A DNA stretch of 64,000 nt from positions 4,925,514-4,989,513 of the forward strand of contig MU054117.1 in the NCBI GenBank assembly GCA_013239625.1. The letters are read 5' to 3'. The notes under the pieces are model-generated. The model made no database searches. It saw nothing but the letters and a program-made list of their open reading frames with translations, and was not told where the DNA came from. Source of the stretch: Lama guanicoe. Taxonomy: Eukaryota. The position numbers and the translations under genes are program-made. Every line of letters begins with the position of its first letter. The first letter of the stretch is position 1. This document shows, in pieces, positions 48,101 to 64,000 of the stretch.

Positions 48101-51100
48101 TTAAGAGCACGGGCCAGTCCCAAAGGTGATGACCGGTGTGACCTTGGGCCACATATTTTAACATCTCTGAGCCTAGTTTCCTCCTCTATGAGATGGGGCT
48201 AAATGCAGCAGTTTTGTTGTAGGGTTGTTGCAAGGGTTAAATGAGTTAGCACATGGCAGAGCTCTTTGAAGAATCTAGAAAGTGTTCAGGATTAGCTGTC
48301 ACCATTGCAGGCTGTGTATTATCCAGAGGCGGTATAGGAGTGGAGGCACAGGAGAGATGGGGAAGGACCTCTGCACCCTACTGAGGACTTAGGACTTTTT
48401 TTGTAGTTGGTGGACAGCTTTCTGAAGGATTTAAGGAGGGGTTGACTTTGCTGTTGCTGTAGAACCTCCAAGTGCAGGATCTGGAGTCCCCATCCTGCAG
48501 GGCCAGGAGCTCCCTCTAGTGGCACTGTGGAGAATGCAGTGGGAGAGGAAAGTGAGGGGGAGTTTCTGGGGTGATGCAAGAGCGCCCCTGCCCTAGGTTA
48601 GGGCCTCATTTCAAGGGGATGAAGATGGGGACAGATGAGAAATATTTAGAAAATCAAAGATAGAGAAGCTAAGATAGAGGACTGAATCTATGTGGAAGAC
48701 GATGAAAGAATGGAGTCAAGGATGATCCCCAAATATCCGACGTTCTTCCTATTCCTTGATTACACTAAACCCATTCTGGCCTCAGGACCTTTGCACTTGC
48801 TATTTCTGCTGCCTAGAAAAATTTTTTTTCTCTCAGATATTCCTTCATATCATTTAATTTAAATTTAGATGTCACCTCGTCAGTTAGCTGTCCCCTGACT
48901 CCTGCTGGGGTATGCTCAAGGTTGTAACCCTGCTCTAATTTTCTGTGACACTTATCACCATCTGAGTTGATCTGGTTGGTTTGTCTGTTTGTTTATTATT
49001 TCAAAATATAAACCCCATGAAAGCAGGAACTTTTCATGTTCATAGTTGAGTCCCCAGTGCCTAGAACAGTGGCTGACACATAGTAGTTGCTCAGTACCTA
49101 CTGAATGAATGCATGAATTTAGGAATAGAGAGTTAGATGCCTTGGGTGGCTAGGTGGCCTCTAAGAGATGCGGTTTATATATGGGGTAACTAGGTAGTGG
49201 TACTCTGAGTTTAAAGAGGTGTCAGGAAAGGGACATCCAAATACCAGGAGACCTCCAGGTGATGCGAGTCGGGTAGGCAGTTGGGTAATTGGGACTCAGC
49301 ATCCAGGGTTCTCACGTTCTCCAAGAGAGTGTCAGGTGGGAAGAAGTCGGAGAGAGCTACCTGGGCAGATGCTATGTCCCCACCTGAAGTTAGCCAGGAC
49401 CTGGCCCCGGTCCTGCCAGCGTCCTGTTCCAGACAGACTCCTCTATTCTCAGCTCATCGGGGATGAGTGGTCGTGCCCCTCCTGCCTCACTCCCGCAGCT
49501 GTCCTTACCTCTCAGAGCCCCTTCCTCACTGAAGGAAGCTCTCCAGAGTTCTCTGCTGAGCCCCTTTGGCGAGTGGGATTCCAGATCTTTACCAGCAGTG
49601 ACAGCACAGATGTGGAGATAGTCATTCTCTGGGAAAAAAGCAGCTGCTCAGAGAACTCTGGAAGCGTCTACCCTCTTCCAGGGAGTGGGAGCGTTGGAGG
49701 GAAGGCTGGGTAGCCCTGTGGGCAGTGAGGGGAGGGCAGTAGCTGGGGGCCCAGCGGAAGTGACTTCACACTCCAGTGCTCTCCCTGTTTAGGACGCAGC
49801 TGAGGCTGGAGCCAGGTCAGGCTATCGGGGCCGCCGCTCCCCACACACCCCCCACGAACGCTTTGAGGGGCTTACGGTGCTCAAGGCTGCACAGGTGAGA
49901 AGAGGCGCCCGTGGCCTGGTCTGATGCCGGAACCTGAGCGAGCTGGGCACCGGGGCCCAGCGTCTCCTGGGGGGGTGCGCTCTCATAGGAGCAGCCGAGG
50001 CCTCTGCCCAGGGCAGAGGAGGGGGTTCCAGACCGAGGGGCCCATGTTGTCATCAGTGAGAGGAGCAGGTTGGGCTAATGGGCTGCTGAGCCCCAAACTG
50101 TAGGCGGAGGTAGCGGAAGTGGTGCCGGGTCGGTAGCTGGGACCATCCTTCCAACCCGCCCTTTCCCTCCTTTTCGCTGCCCGCAGCTGGCCCGGGCGGG
50201 GGCCGTGGGCAGTCAGGGTGCTCAGCTGCTCCTGGAGGTGAGCGAGCGTGTGCGGACCCTGACACAGGCCTACTTCTCCCCGGATCGGCCCCTGCACCTC
50301 TCCTTCACCCACCTGGTGTGCCGCAGTGCCGTAGAAGGTAACCACCGGGCAGCCTGGCCGCTCCTCCCCACCTTGGGCCCCTGTTGGGCCCTATACGCCC
50401 TCAGCTGTGTGGTTTCAGTCTTCACTCCAGGAAGACTGACTCCTCTGCCCGGGCTGCGGCCAGCTCCTCGGCCGGGCTGTGACCCTGGAGCTGCAGGGTG
50501 GGTGTGGATAGGCTTCCACCAGGCCCCTTCGCTTCGCAGGAGAGCAAGCGCAGCGCATGGACCTGAGCCACCCGGTGCATGCAGACAACTGCGTCCTGGA
50601 CCCCGACACCGGGGAGTGCTGGCGGGAGCCCCCAGCCTATACCTACCGGGACTACAGGTGGGCGGCCCTCCAGGGTTCAGGCAGGTGGGCCTGGCCTGGA
50701 AGGGGTCTCACTGCCTCCTGTCTTCCTCCCTCCCCAGTGGACTCCTCTACCTCAACGATGACTTCCAGGGCGGGGACCTGTTCTTCACGGAGCCCAACGC
50801 CCTCAGGGTCACGGTAAGTGGGGCAATGTGACAGGGAGCCCAGCTGTGGGCTCAGGATTCAAAACAGAAGGTTCCCAGAGGCAAATGCAGGGAAATGGAT
50901 GGGCCCCCTTAACCATCTCCTTTCCTGGCCTCTCTAACACCTCCCACCACGTGTCTTTTCAGGGCCTCTCCTAGCAGAGGTCCATTACGCCAGGAGACCC
51001 TGCCTTCCGCATTTGCCTCACCTCCTAAGGGAGGGCGAGTGAAGTGCAGAATCCCAAACCCCTGTTCCAGGTGGAAGCTCAGGGCTGGGATCGGTGGAAG

Positions 51101-51995
51101 GGGAGGAACAGTGATTTTTTTACCATGAATTGCTCTGTCTTACCCAGTTACTGCCTTCTCTGCTACCACCACCAACTACCTGTAATCCAAGCCCTTCTTG
51201 GGGTGGAAAAATGTCCCCAAGATCCCTCCACCCAGAACCCAGGGTTTGTTACCACACCCATCCCCTCAGATGGCTTCACACCTGGTTCAAAGGGTTGGCC
51301 AGGAAAAGTCAGGGCACCTGGGGGATGGGCCAACCCAAGGCCCTTGAGGGAGGCCCCTTCTCCCTTCGGCTCCAACGCCTCTGGCCTCAGGCTGGCATTC
51401 GTGCTTCCCAAGTGGAGGTCCATTTCCCATTTGCGCCAAGATAGTCTCTGAATTAAGGAGGGAGAAGTGGTAGGCAAGAAAGCTGACCTTTCCGGGGCCC
51501 CTGCCCCCGTCCTGCTTTTGGGCAGGAGTCAGGGCCAAGTTCTCTGAGGGACTTTCCCTGGAGCTGACCCCACCCTCACCCCCAGGCGCAGGTTCGACCT
51601 CGCTGCGGGCGCCTTGTGGCCTTCAGCTCTGGTGGGGAGAATCCCCATGGCGTGTGGGCTGTGACGAGGGGACGGCGCTGCGCCCTGGCGCTGTGGCACA
51701 CGTGGGCACCTGAGCACAGGGAGCAGGTGAGGAGGAGCGGGAGTAGTGGTGTGAGGTGTGGGCAGGGGCTGAGATCTCCCAGGGAAGGTCCTTGGGCCAG
51801 GGAGGCAGGGGATGGAGCCAGACCCTCCTCCCCATCTCCCAGGAGTGGACAGAAGCCAAAGAGCTGCTGCAGGAGCCAGAGGAGGAGGAAGAAGAAATGT
51901 CCAGCAGAGACCCTGCCCCAGAACCCCCCAGCCGCAGGCTTCAGCGGGTCCAAGACAAGGCTGGGAAGCCATCTCGTGTCCGAGAGGAGCTGTGA
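42125..51995 (+). CDS. P3H3: Prolyl 3-hydroxylase 3 (LEPREL2), 728 aa
   Basis: 15 exons: 42125-42610, 43551-43703, 44052-44253, 44330-44461, 44955-45091, 45507-45596, 46859-46911, 47044-47111, 47207-47331, 49793-49894, 50187-50337, 50540-50657, 50738-50813, 51586-51726, 51843-51995 (2187 nt). Leu-rich signal peptide, CxxxC motifs, 2OG-Fe(II) HAD...NPHGV...RRC, C-terminal REEL; AATAAA 52326-52331; CpG island over exon 1. Confidence 0.96.
46384..46555 (+). mobile_element. tRNA-derived SINE (Vic-1-like) with an (ATAC)n microsatellite in its tail
   Basis: ggggagggtatgactcaag...gtcctgggtttaatgcccggtacctcc; (ATAC) repeats 46471-46500. Confidence 0.85.
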
Positions 51996-52799
51996 GAGGC
52001 TGAGCCAGCTTGACTTGTGAAGGGTCCACCTTGATGCCAAGACCCATGAGAAGCCCCTATGTGACAGGAGGAGAACAGCCAGCTCTCTGTCCCTGCACCC
52101 CCATCCTCTTGGGGATAATGAGGGACATCAGCCCTGGACTCAGAGGACACGGCACAGACTGGCTTGGGGGGCCAGGCTTGGCCCAGCTGGCAGACCTCCT
52201 GCCCTGGGACAGACAGAAGACTGGATGCCACCCTGGAAAGAAATGGCAGGGGATAGGGCCCGACTGCGGGGTTTAAAGGAGGAGGAAAAGAGGGAGGACA
52301 CCCCGCTGCCCTCTCCCAGCCTGCCAATAAAGGTCCTGAAGACCCTCAGCCAGGGCCCAGTCAAGTGTCTCGCAGTTTGCAGTTTCAGGGTGGCTGAAGG
52401 TGGGAGTGGCAGTGGCTGTGGCTGGCCTGGGAGGAGACAGGTATCTTGGGCCTCCGGAGGTGGGGCCGCTCAAAGCTGTGATTTGTCAGGGAAATCTCGG
52501 CCACCTGCTCCCCTCATGCAAATGACCCCTAACCCCTGACAGCTGCTCCTTCGGCCTCCTACCCTAAGCCCCGTCTTCCCTCACCGAGCTTGACTGAGAC
52601 TTAGGGCAGCCTGATCCCTCTGGTTCTTGCCTTCACAGCCCCAGCAGGGCCCCGGGTGTCACGGGGGCAAGGAGTGGGTCCAGCCTATGATAAGAGTAGG
52701 GGACAGGTTGCCCTCTACTTGCGAGTCTTTCTCCACTGAAAGCAGGGCCAGGCCTGTCCATTCTCCTTGCTGGATCCCCTGGACTTGCCCCCACTCCCC

Positions 52800-53541
52800 C
52801 AGGATCAGACCTGGGGGCAGCTGGTTGGGGTTTGTCCAGAAGAAGGATTATCCAGATCAGTCCCTTCTAATCTCAGCTCCTGCCTGCACCCTCCCCATAT
52901 TCGCTGTAACCCGCTTCCCCCACTACCCTGAGCTAAGGAACACAACTTGGGGTGTTGACAATGGGCCATCTCTCACCCTCATTCTCTGCCTCCTGGACTG
53001 GTTGCTAGGTAGGCCCTGAGGGCCAAGATCATTGCCATGGGTGGGGGCCAGGGCCTGGGGGGCCCCTGGAACTGTGCATGCTGCTGCTCCTTTGCACCCC
53101 TCCCAACCCTGACCCTTAATCCTCACAGCTTTGCTCTAATCCCATGGGGCCTGATGCTCTGCTCTCTGCCTCGAGAGAGACCGGCTGGGGGAGCACACAC
53201 ACCCCCCCCGCCGCCAGGGCTCGCTACGGGGGGCTGCTCCTCTGTATCACCCCGCACTCCTGCTCCCACCCTCCCCCGGGCTGGGCCCAAGTCTCTCTGG
53301 AAGCCACACATCTCCCTCCCTGTCCTCTCCCCCCACCCCTGCCAGCTGATTTCATTTGCCTGACGTTAGCCCTACCCTTCCCTGTCAGTGCCCCCCCGCA
53401 CCCCCCAGCCGGGGCCAGGCCAGGCCAGCTCCTCTGGCAGTAGAGCCGGGGCAGGTGACAGGCGGGCGTCGCAGCTGAGGGAGTGAGGAGGCACCCGGGA
53501 AGCGGAGCTGGAAGCCTAGAAGAGGTCCAGTCAGAGCCCAA
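52800..53541 (+). promoter_or_regulatory. GNB3 promoter with K50-homeodomain sites and probable non-coding exon (donor at 53542)
   Basis: GGATTA 52845-52850, TAATCT 52868-52873, TAATCC 53117-53122 and 53137-53142; donor AA|GTAAGA; acceptor at 53764. Confidence 0.65.
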
Positions 53542-53794
53542 GTAAGAGGGAGCTGGCCCAGCTCCGCCCTCCGGGGCTGGGGGCTGCAGGGAGGGCGGGC
53601 TGCACCAGCGCTGGCTGGCTGCACCCTTGGAGGGGCTGGCAGAGCAGGGGAGGTGGTGCCAAGCACCCAATCATTTCTCTCTTTGAGGGGTGGACTCATG
53701 AGGAGTCCGGTGTGGGGTGAGGGCCTGGTGGGGATCCCCTGACACCTACCCCCATTTCTGGCAGGAGTAGGAGCCACCCCTCAACCTCGCAGCC

Positions 53795-58543
<4,749 letters not shown>

Positions 58544-59319
58544 GGAGGCTGGAGAAGGGGGAGGTAAAAGGCCATGAAGACACTCAGCTGGCCCTGCCCT
58601 GCCCAATTTCTTTAAGATTTTCTCTTCTAAGACCCCAGCTGCCATTCCCGCCCAGCTTTCCCCTTTGAGGGCAGTGGGGAGGATGGGGAGTGTGCCTTTG
58701 GGAGGCAGCATCAGGGACAAGGGCAGGGAACTGCCCCATCTCCTCCCATGGCCTCCCCTCTCCATGGTCCTGACAGCTTCTCCCTTAATGAGCAAGGATA
58801 ATGCACCCCTAACCCCCGCCCTTGGCAGGCCTACCAGGCTTACTGTCTGAGACCTTAAGCCCTAGGATCCCTCTCCCAGAGCCACCACCTTTGTCTAGAC
58901 CCAGGTGGAACAGGGTGCTCGGCCCCGTGACTATGGCTCTGGCACCACTAGGGTCCTGGCCCCCTTCTTCATGCTTTCTCCTTTGTCTACCTTCTTTTCT
59001 CTCCTAAAGCACTTGCAATAAAGCGTAGCTGTGATTCTTGCTTCCCACCTCACTTCTGTCCCCAAAAGATGCAGGTCCCACTTAAATAACAAAGTATTAC
59101 GGGAGCAGTGATAAAGGTTGGGGATCAGCTAGCTGTGGGCAGAAGAGAGGGTGGAGGCAGAAGCCCAAGCCTCCTGGGGAAGGCCTGAGATGGGTTAGGA
59201 GGAGAAGGTGGCTGGTGGGGTGTGCACGACAGTTCACACCCGCCTGCCTTTGGTGACTGTGTATTTGTCCAGAAGGGTTATGTTGAGACGGGATCAGACT
59301 ATAAAAGGCCTATAAAAAG

Positions 59320-59915
59320 CCAGAGTCTAGACTTTATCCTAAGGGCAGTGGGGAACAACTGGGGAGTTTTGAGCAGAGTAGTAACGTGATCAGTGATGCT
59401 CCTCCGGAAGATCATCCTAGCAGCAATACAGGTGGATGAAATGGAGGGAAGGGAGCCTGGAGGGAATAGAGGGAAACAAGGTAGGCGGCAGGTGGCAAGA
59501 AATGCAAGAGCAATAGGACAGAGGGGCAAGGAAGGGGATGAGGGAGAGATTAAAGATACAGAATCACTAGGATGTAGGGATTGTAGGGACCGAGTGCGAG
59601 GATAAGCGATAGTCCGAGGGAAGGATTCAAGGTGATGGCCAAGGTTCGGGTTTGGCAACTAGGTGGCTAGTGCTGTCATTCACAGGGATGGAGGACGGGG
59701 GAGGAGGAATAACTCTGGGGAGATCACAAATTCAACATTAAACAAGCTGACTTTGAAGCACCTGTGGGGCAGCTGGATAAAGGTCAGGCTTAGGCAGAGA
59801 GACCTGGACGTTACCAGAATACAGATGAGTGACAGCTAAAGTCCTAGAAGTGAACACCCAGGGAGAGAAAGAAAGAGTCAAGGACAGTGCCTTGGGGAAC
59901 AACAGGATTTAAGGG
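59320..59915 (-). mobile_element. L2 LINE fragment between GNB3 and CDCA3, approximate
   Basis: gactttatcctaagggcagtgggg...ttttgagcag...aagatcatcctagcagc and other recalled L2-like motifs. Confidence 0.5.
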
Positions 59916-60246
59916 AGGTACGTAAAAGAGGCTTAGAGGTATCAGTGCGGGGGACACTCAGGCCAGGGAACACAACACCCTCCCTCTCCAGACTGTCTTT
60001 CTCCATGCAGAAGACCCAGCACAAGGTTTAGGTATAATACTTAAAAACATCATTTAAAATCACTTCCTTTAATATACAGAAATACATAAAACACAAAGAA
60101 AGCCAAGGAGGCTCTGAGTCCCAGAGTTGGTAGTTTAGGAGGGGCTGAGGAAAACGAGCCTTTCCAGTCTCCCAGGGAGAGAAGGGATGAGAGGCACAGA
60201 GTATCACTCAGCCCCTGGCGAACCCAGTACTGGGGCCATGCACGGC

Positions 60247-61865
60247 CTAGTTCTCCACCAAAGGAAAGTGCCGATTTTCCTTGTCCTGGCCCTGGCCTTG
60301 CTCCCATGCTCTTCCTCCAGTTTTTGGAAGTCGTCCAGTTCCCAGAACAGCCCCTCCTTTTAGTTCCTTAATGTTTTCACTCAGGGGAGAAGGCCGCTTA
60401 CTCTGCAAAAGGCAGTGTGCAAGTTGAGGGAGGGAGGTTGTCCAGGGGAGGGAAGAGTCGGGGAAAGGGCCTCCCACCTTTCCGTTGGATTTCCTAGTAA
60501 CAGCTTTCACCCTGTGTCCCTTTACCTGCCGTGGTGTCAGAGTCCCGGGGGAGTTGTCATCCTGCAGGATGGTGAGAGGAGATCTTCCTAGTACCTTGCT
60601 GTTTGGTTTCCACCTGCTGCGCATGGAACCTAGGGTGGGGACGGAGTTAAAACAAGGAGCCAAGATTAGGGGCTTATAGTTTATTCCTCCTCCATTCATC
60701 CAGGGACATTATCCCAGAGTGTTAGCCCAATTTCTCTTCCCCATACCTTGCTCTTAGATTCTGTACCTGGAGATCGAGGTGTCTCAGGGTCTCTCAAGGG
60801 CTTGTCTGAGCCCTGGCTGCCCACTGGGGTTCCTGAAGACTGTTCTGTTTCCTCCTTGGAAAACACCTGCTTGGAAGGGAGCTCAGTCTGACTCCAAGGT
60901 GACATCTGGTCCTCAAGGGAAAACTGGCTGTCCAAAGGCAAGTCCAGTTGAGAAGACGGAGGTGTCTCCAGGGGCAGAATAGGCTCTGGGGGAAGATCTG
61001 ATTTGGGGTCTTCGGTCTCAAATACGTCGCTCAGCTGTTTCACCAGTGGGCTTGGTGGCTCTAGCGGGGGAGAAATGAAGTGAGACAGTGACCCTCTGAT
61101 ACAAATCATTCAGCAAGGAGGAAAAGATGTACGAGCCTTAGGAGTCATGCCCTCGTGGGTGAGGGACTGGGAAGAGAGAAGGCAAGGCGTGAGAGAGCAA
61201 AATGTTGAGAAAAGAGTGACACAGGTCCAAAGCAGGAGGATGGAGCCCCCTTTAAAGTGGTGCCCTGAGAGGATAGCTTCATTTGACCCCACCTAAGGGT
61301 GCTAGGTGACGGCCTGAGCAAAATAACCTGAGCCCAACACTTACCTCCGCTGCTGGTCTTCATAGGTGTCCGTGCAATGCCAAGGGTAGGAGAGCGGGGA
61401 TCTGAGTCCTGGGTCTGCTTAAGATCCTCCAGCTTCTCTCCTGCTGGCTGGTCTGGCTGTGGAGAGCTCTCCACCTGTCAGAACCAAAAGTTAGAACAAG
61501 TCTGGGCCCTGACTCTTCCCTCCCAGGTCTCTAACCTCAGTCCGATACTACAGGCTGGAATTGCCAAAGCCCTCAGACATCCAGCCTGCTTCCCCTGGTT
61601 GAGAATGTGAAAAACAAGGCCTCAAAGTAGGGGAGTGAGGGTAGGGTGGGAAGTGAGAGGTCTTTCAGAATCAAGGCAGTCAGGTTAGGCAGAGGCCCAA
61701 GAATTCAGACAATGTCGCTGCCTCCCCTACCCCGGCCCGGAGTACCTGGATGGGAGTGCGCAGGATGCCGGCGGTGGGTGAACGGGGGTCCGCCACTCGA
61801 GAAAGAAGCTTGTTGTGCGGCGGCGGCCGCGCTGGAGTGACTGGGACGCTCTTGGCTGAGCCCAT
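60247..61865 (-). CDS. CDCA3: Cell division cycle-associated 3 (TOME-1), 267 aa
   Basis: Exons (minus) 61865-61746, 61474-61345, 61060-60767, 60629-60526, 60402-60247 (804 nt). MGSAKSVPVTPARPPPHNK, two DPRSP..GI.RTP motifs, C-terminal KEN box; ATTAAA on minus at 60068-60073. Confidence 0.96.
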
Positions 61866-62099
61866 CTCAACCAGTAGTAATAGGATGGGGCGGGGCAGGG
61901 CCCGGCCCGGGCGAGGAGGGGATGCCTGTGAGAAGTGACTCAGGTCTCAGCCCTTACCGCGACCACGTTCAGCCTGACTCCAGACCACCCGATCTTCCCC
62001 GTTCCCCTCTGAGGAACCGCCTGGCCGCTGGGCTAGAGGTCTCTATGGGGATAATGACTATTACAGCTGATAGGGCAGCTCCGTCCGGGCCTGCCGGGC

Positions 62100-63090
62100 C
62101 CTCGAACTTATCCACCAACTTATTCAAATCACTTACCGGGCCCCAATTCCACCTTTGGGTGCAAAGCAGCTCGTTCCTCAGCTCCCGAGGCGGTTTCAAA
62201 CTTCCCGCCACGCCCCTGCCTTGGCCCCATTGGCTGAGCCGACGCAGGCTGCTATAGGCCCGCTGTGTGAGACCCGCCTCCAGTGGAGGAAGTCATTGGG
62301 CTGAGAGGACGTCCATCATGGGGGCGTGGAGCCAGTGGGCAGCGGCTTGGCTAGCCCAAGGGAGACGCCTCCTTCATCACGGGACTTTTGTTCCGTATGG
62401 TGCTGCGAGTTGTCCGTAGAGAGATTTTGCGGAATGCCAGTCTTCGCTTTTGAGACTTTCAGTTTCATTATCATATGATTTTATTAAAAAAATAGAATCA
62501 TGAATTATTACGCTATTCTGCACAGATCCAGCTGGAGACAGAGTTATGAAGATTCTTCTCAGGCGAGAGAGATAGTAATCTTTATTGGTAGACAGAATTA
62601 GCAATCACTCGACACTAACCCTCTCAAACCTCGCCTCATTGGACAGCTGCTTTTCAAATACTAAGAGTACAACTGCCCTTCTATTTTCCAATTGGACGAG
62701 CCCCCAGGAAAGTTTCTGGGATTGACTAGTTTGAACAATCGTCAGTCTCTGCGCTTCCGTGGAAGGCACGCGAAGGGGCTGTAGGGGGTCCCCGAGTCCC
62801 AGCAGTCAAAACTGTGAGGCCCACCTCGCTGCTCTACGTGCGCTCTGCCCTGGAGGAGTGGGATTGGTTCTTTCGACCATCCATTGCAATAGAAGCGCTT
62901 TTCACTGGCGTTAGTCAAGAGGCGGGCAGAGGGCGGAGCATAGTGGGTAGGCTGCGTCCAACTGCCATTCTCGCGCGTCTTCCCTTCCGCGCAGGCGCCT
63001 AACCAGTAGCGCTCATTGGACGGAGGGGAAGGGGGTGGGGGACTAGGAGCGGTGGGAGTCGCCGTGTGTGGAGGAGCTGCTGCCGGTGTC
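62100..63090. promoter_or_regulatory. Head-to-head CDCA3/USP5 promoter region with CDE/CHR and CCAAT boxes
   Basis: Minus strand GGCGG-gaag-TTTGAA (62209-62195); CCAAT boxes at 62229-62233 and 62295-62299; CpG-rich at both ends. Confidence 0.8.
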
Positions 63091-63201
63091 ATGGCGGAGC
63101 TGAGTGAGGAGGCGCTGCTGTCAGTTTTACCGACGATTCGGGTCCCCAAGGCTGGAGACCGGGTCCACAAAGACGAGTGCGCCTTCTCCTTCGACACACC
63201 G
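63091..63201 (+). CDS. USP5: Ubiquitin-specific peptidase 5 (isopeptidase T), first coding exon; gene continues past the window
   Basis: gtcATGG Kozak; [37 protein letters not shown] then donor GTAAGC. Confidence 0.96.
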
Positions 63202-64000
63202 GTAAGCCCATTCCCCACGCCCGCAGCAAGCACGACTTCCTTCCATCGCCCTGGTCATTCTGCCGGGGCCTGCAAGGCTTGGGCCACCGCCTCCCTGCGG
63301 TGCACCATGGGACTTGTAGTCTCCCACGCTACTCTTGCCGTTGCTTTAAATTCGCGGGAGCTGTCGTGTGACTACGGCCCCCAGAAGCCACCGCGCCCGC
63401 CTCACCCGCTCCCGGCCTCGTGGAGCACTGTGGGGATTGTAGTCACTCACTCCCCTCACCGCCGTTCTGAACTAGAGGAGCACGCCGGTCGCCGGACTAC
63501 ATCTCCCACGTGGACCTCTGCGAAAGCCGGGAGTTGGCTTTGCCTGTCGCGCATGGCTCTCCGGGTTTTGTAGTCTCGTGTGGGAGTGATGGGGCGACCC
63601 CCCGCTGTTCTGGGCCCGGTTGGGGTAGGAGCGGCGGGTACTGCAGTTCCCAGGCGCCTGGTAGCCTGGAAGTGGCCACGAAGAAGGATGGTTCTGAGAA
63701 AGGCCGAGTTAGAGAGCCTCCACCCGTTGTTAATATGGACAGGGGGCGGGGAGGTGGGTCACTGGTGGTAGAGAGAAGAGGTAGAAAGCTCTAGTCGTTT
63801 CTCCTTTGAGGTGAATTATGGCCGCAGCCCCCTCTCTTTCTCCTGTCCATCACACAGCCAGAGGGAACCCTTTTGAAAGTGTTCCCTCAGAGATGGTTTC
63901 CTTCGTGGAGGACTCTTAGGGCCTTTTCCCATCCCGCTCCCACTCTTGACTAATTAGACAAAGCCGCCACCCACACCATGCCTCACGTTTTGCAGGCTCC

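Overview
This is mammalian genomic DNA, not prokaryotic. It covers the conserved gene-dense cluster syntenic to human 12p13: 3' half of LAG3 (+), CD4 (+), GPR162 (+), P3H3/LEPREL2 (+), GNB3 (+), CDCA3 (-) and the first exon of USP5 (+). I reconstructed all exon structures by hand; junctions are GT-AG and frames are intact (CD4 456 aa, GPR162 553 aa, P3H3 728 aa, GNB3 340 aa, CDCA3 267 aa). About 12 copies of a short tRNA-derived SINE resembling camelid Vic-1 suggest a camel, llama or alpaca (inference). Recognisable regulatory DNA includes the CD4 proximal enhancer, promoter and Runx silencer, K50-homeodomain sites before GNB3, and a CDE/CHR element at CDCA3. I found no new multi-gene system. 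The most notable oddities are: a ~34-codon in-frame deletion in GPR162 intracellular loop 3; an extra, probably unpaired Cys in CD4 D3 alongside an unpaired D2 Cys; an LTR-like element with six CCAAT boxes and two octamers between the CD4 enhancer and promoter; TCF-site turnover in that enhancer; and six ZNF143-type motifs in alternating orientation in USP5 intron 1. Comparisons to human or mouse are from memory and need confirming by alignment.
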